A DNA stretch of 64,000 bases, from the NCBI RefSeq assembly GCF_009914755.1, contig NC_060931.1. One strand, 5' to 3'. A model generated the notes under the pieces. It ran no database searches. It worked only from the letters and a program-made list of their open reading frames with translations, and had not been told where the DNA came from. This document shows positions 60,277-64,000 of this stretch, piece by piece. A program made the translations under genes and the position numbers. Within the stretch, counting starts at the first letter, position 1. The number at the start of each line of letters is the position of its first letter. This DNA comes from the human T2T-CHM13v2.0 reference genome, Homo sapiens.

Positions 60277-62380
60277 AAGAGGTCTGCAGTGTTGTAAGAA
60301 TGACATGGGGAAAAAAAATACTATTGAAGGAGAAAAAAGTTTTTCCAACCCCATAGGAGATGAAGCATGCCACCAAGGCAGGTCACCAGTACAAATTAGG
60401 TCAGCGAGCATCACAAAAGGCCTATTGTCACATAGATATACCGTGTTAATAAATAAATAAGGCAAGCCACTATTAAATAAGCCACTGAAAAAAGAAGTCC
60501 CTTCCTTCCATCCTTCTATCCTGATACTTATAACCAAACTTCACCTTCGACCCTTCTCTGAGGTGAGAGAGAGCACTAGCTCCAGAGCAAGCCTTGATTG
60601 TGACCTGGCTCTTATTGGCTGAGACCATGCACACACAGCTCTCAGTAGCCCTCATGGGTGCACAGCGACTGCCTGCATGATAGGAGGACTGGGGGGGACA
60701 ACTCACTATTTCAAGACACAGAGAGGGCACCACACGAGTGCTGGTTAAATACACAAACCACCCACTTTTAGGTTCTATACGGCACCTGCCTCCATCTTGC
60801 TCATTTATTTACTGACTTTTACTGCTGTACCCCACTGGGATATAAGCTCCAAACCAGCAATCTTGTCTGTCTTGGTGACTCCCACATGCCCAGTTCCTGG
60901 GACAAAGCACAGCCCACACGTTTAGAAAACGTCTAATGTAGAATGAGCCAAATCCAGGGTTATCCTTGGTGATAGTAGAGCCACATCATCTTAGAGGTCA
61001 TGATAAGTGCATTTGAGAGAGGTGTAAATCTGAACTTCAGACAAGACATTAGGGCAGGACCCTCATAACACGGTGCCGACCACAGGGAAGAATCATGGCA
61101 TCAACATCCCAGATAGTCAACAAGCATATCTGAGACACCATTTCCAGTGGGGAGTTGTCCCAGGTAGCTGTGCAAAGTATGGTGAAAGCTGTTAGCTAAC
61201 CTGGGTCTCTTGAGTCAAAAAAAGAGAAAATAACCAGTTTTAGCTTGGGCCTAATACAAACCCTTTCAGAGAAAGCCCCAGGGGTTCATAGAGCAGTTCA
61301 GAAGACAGATAAAGGACCAGGAAACTGTAAATTTTTTTTAGCCAAGTGAATGAAGCATGGCAATCGATGCTTTTCCTAATTTATTCAACTACATACACGG
61401 CAATACTAACAAAAAATGAAATGGAAATCAACACCTAACCCACTAAAACCCCAAAATTCTGGATAAACTACTTGGGAAGAGCTATTAGCTCCTGCTCCTG
61501 GCCTATTAAAAACAGACAGGAAGTAGTCATTTGAAAATAGAATTCCGTGTGGATGATCCCTAGTGATCTGGTCTGACTTTGATCTTAAAATTATACTGAA
61601 GTCTATGATTCTAGAGGTCACCAGTTGCTGGTAAGAGATATACTGGGGATGTGGGGTGGGAAGAAGGGAAAATTGAGCACACAGCTACTTGCTGCCGAAG
61701 CCAGGCCACCAGCAACTCACTGATCTGTGCCTGTGGTACCTTAAAGGCACAGGGCACTTGCAAAAGTCTCAGTCTTCTTAGGGATGCCATGGACCCCACC
61801 CAAACTCCTACACACAGGGCAGGTTTAGGACATGTCTACCTATTTCAAGTGGCCCCTGGAGAATGAAGGAGAGACTGCAGAGGGAGTGGTCATGGAGTCG
61901 GAAGGCACAGGACAGGAGGGCCAGAGGGACTCAGCTCCAGGCCAGCCTGGACTTCACACCTACCCAGCCGAGGCAGGAATGGGACTAAGCCTAGTCACCT
62001 TACTGTCACCATGTGGGATGCAAGGTGCAAGCCAAGTTGCCCCCACCATACAGAGAGGTTCATTTCCTATAAATGCACATGAGACGTGTTCCAGGACAGT
62101 CTCTCCTTCTAAGAAGCCAGCACCACTTGTATGTATAGAGTAAGGAGGGTGGCACAGAGGGAAAAGCATAAGGTTTAGAAGCAGACACACCTGACTCAAA
62201 CCACAGCTTTGCTACTTCATTCATGCAGCTATTCATTCATTCAGAAACTTATCCAGAGTGCTCACTGTTCCAGGCATAACAACAAGGGAGATGACACTGT
62301 GGATTTTCCAAGTTAACTTGGATGATTCAGTAACTTCTCTCAGCCTCAATTTCTCATCTATGAAATAGAATGAATGATAT

Positions 62381-64000
62381 GGGGGGATCTGGCAAGACAG
62401 CTGAATAGGAATAGCTCTGGTCTGCAGCTCCCAGTGAGACCAACGCAGAAGGTGGGTGATTTCTGCATTTCCAACTGAGGTACCCTGTTCATCTCATTGG
62501 GACTAGTTAGGCAGCGGGTGCAGCCCACAGAGGGTGAGCAGAAGCAGGGTGGGACGTCACCTCACCTGGGAAGTGCAAGGAGCAGGGGGCCTCCCTTTCC
62601 CAGCCAAGGAAGCTGTGAAGAACTGTGTTATCCGGCCCAGATACTAAGCTTTTCCCAAGGTTCTTGCAATCTGCAGATCAGGAGATTCCCTCGTGTGCCT
62701 ACACCACCAGGGCCCTGGGTTTCAAGCACAAAACTGGGAGGCTGTTTGGGCAGACACTGAGCTAGCTGCAGGAGTTTTTTTTTTGTTTGGTTTTTGTTTT
62801 TGTTTTCATACCCCAGTGGCACCTGGAACCCCAGCAAGACAGAACCGTTCACTCCCCTGGAAAGGAGGCTGAAGCCAGGGAGCCAAGGGACAATCGAGCT
62901 TGGTGGGGGGAAGGGCGCCTGCCATTACTGAGGCTTGAGTAGGTGGTTTTCCCCTAACAGTGCTAAAGAGGCCTGGAAGCTCGGACTGGGTGGAACTCAA
63001 CACAGCGTGGCAAAGTGGCTGTGGCCAGACTGCCTCTATAGATTCCTTCTCACTGGGCAGGGCATCTCTGAAAGAAAGGCAGCAGCCCCAGTCAGGGGCT
63101 TATAGATAAAACTCCCATCTCCCTGGGACAGAGCACCTGGGAGAAGGGACGGCTGTGGGCGCAGCTTCAGCAGACTTAAACATTCTTGCCTGCCAGCTTT
63201 GAAGAGAGCAACAGATCCTGACAAGGAGGATTCTCCCAGCACAGTGCTCGAGCTCTGCTAAGGGACAGACTGCCTCCTCAAGTGGGTCCCTGACCCCCAC
63301 ACCTCCTGAGTGGGAAAGATCTCCCAACAGGGGTTGACAGACACCTCATACAAAAGAGCTCCAGCTGGCATTAGCCCAGTGCCCCTCTGGGACGAAGCTT
63401 CCAGAGGAAGGAGGAGGTGGCAATCTTTGCTGTTCTGCAGCCTCCACTGGTGATACCCAGGCAAACAGGGTCTGGAGTGGACCTCAGCCAATTGGAGCAG
63501 ACCTGCAGAAGAGGGGCCTGTTAGAAGAAAAACTAACAAACAGAAAGCAACAACATCAACATCAAAAAAAAAGGACCCCCACACAAAAACCCTATACAAA
63601 GGTCATCAGCCTCAAAGATCAAAGGTAAATAAATCCATGAAGATGAGGAAAAAACCAGCACAAAAATGCTGAAAATTCCAAAAACCAGAATGCCTCTTCT
63701 CCTCCAAATGATCGCAACTCCTCTCCAGCAAGGGCACAAAACTGGACAGAGAATGAGTTTGACAAATTGGCAGAAATAGGCTTCAGAAGGTGGATAATAA
63801 CAAATTCCTCTGAGCTAAAGGAGTATGTTCTAACCCAATGCAAAAAAGCTAAGAACCTTGACAAAAGGTTACAGGAACTGCTAACTAGAATAACCAGTTT
63901 AGAGAAGAACACAAATGACCTGATGGAGCTGAAAAACACAGGATGAGAACTTCGTGAAGCATACACAAGTATCAATAGCCAAATCAATCAAGCAGAAGAA
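62381..64000 (+). mobile_element. L1PA (approx. L1PA7/8) 5' UTR and start of ORF1, antisense to NUDCD3; runs off window; inactive
   Basis: Starts ggggggatctggcaagacagctgaataggaatagctctggtctgcagctcccag. ORF1 ATG at 63643 is followed by an extra A (frameshift), with a CGA>TGA stop near 63944. Confidence 0.92.

Overview
Primate, almost certainly human, genomic DNA; nothing prokaryotic. The right two-thirds holds the 3' half of NUDCD3 (NudC domain-containing 3/NudCL) on the minus strand. Three coding exons (48194-48337, 36053-36241, 29777-29887) have canonical AG/GT boundaries and splice in phase 0 to give ...VSVALSSSSIRV...NISPGAVQF*, followed by a multi-kb 3' UTR with several AATAAA signals. 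The first ~17.8 kb is a nested stack of transposon fossils: L1s of several ages, Alus, MaLR LTRs, a piggyBac-like remnant and a 3'-truncated U2 snRNA retrocopy. About 17-26 kb is mostly unique GC-rich DNA with a CT-rich minisatellite. The window ends inside a 5'-intact L1PA element antisense to NUDCD3. Almost all ORFs in the supplied track are L1/Alu debris or chance ORFs. I found no convincing new biological system. The best oddities are retrotransposition and repair events: a pristine tailless AluY left monomer with a 15-bp TSD, a U2 fragment with its own TSD at an L1/L1 junction, two short duplications copied across ~1.45-1.5 kb, a triplicated Alu target site, an L1 ORF0-type start pointing into NUDCD3, and a Cys codon at NUDCD3 residue 235. 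Repeat subfamily calls come from recalled consensus motifs, not from a RepeatMasker run, and repeat boundaries are approximate unless a TSD is quoted.
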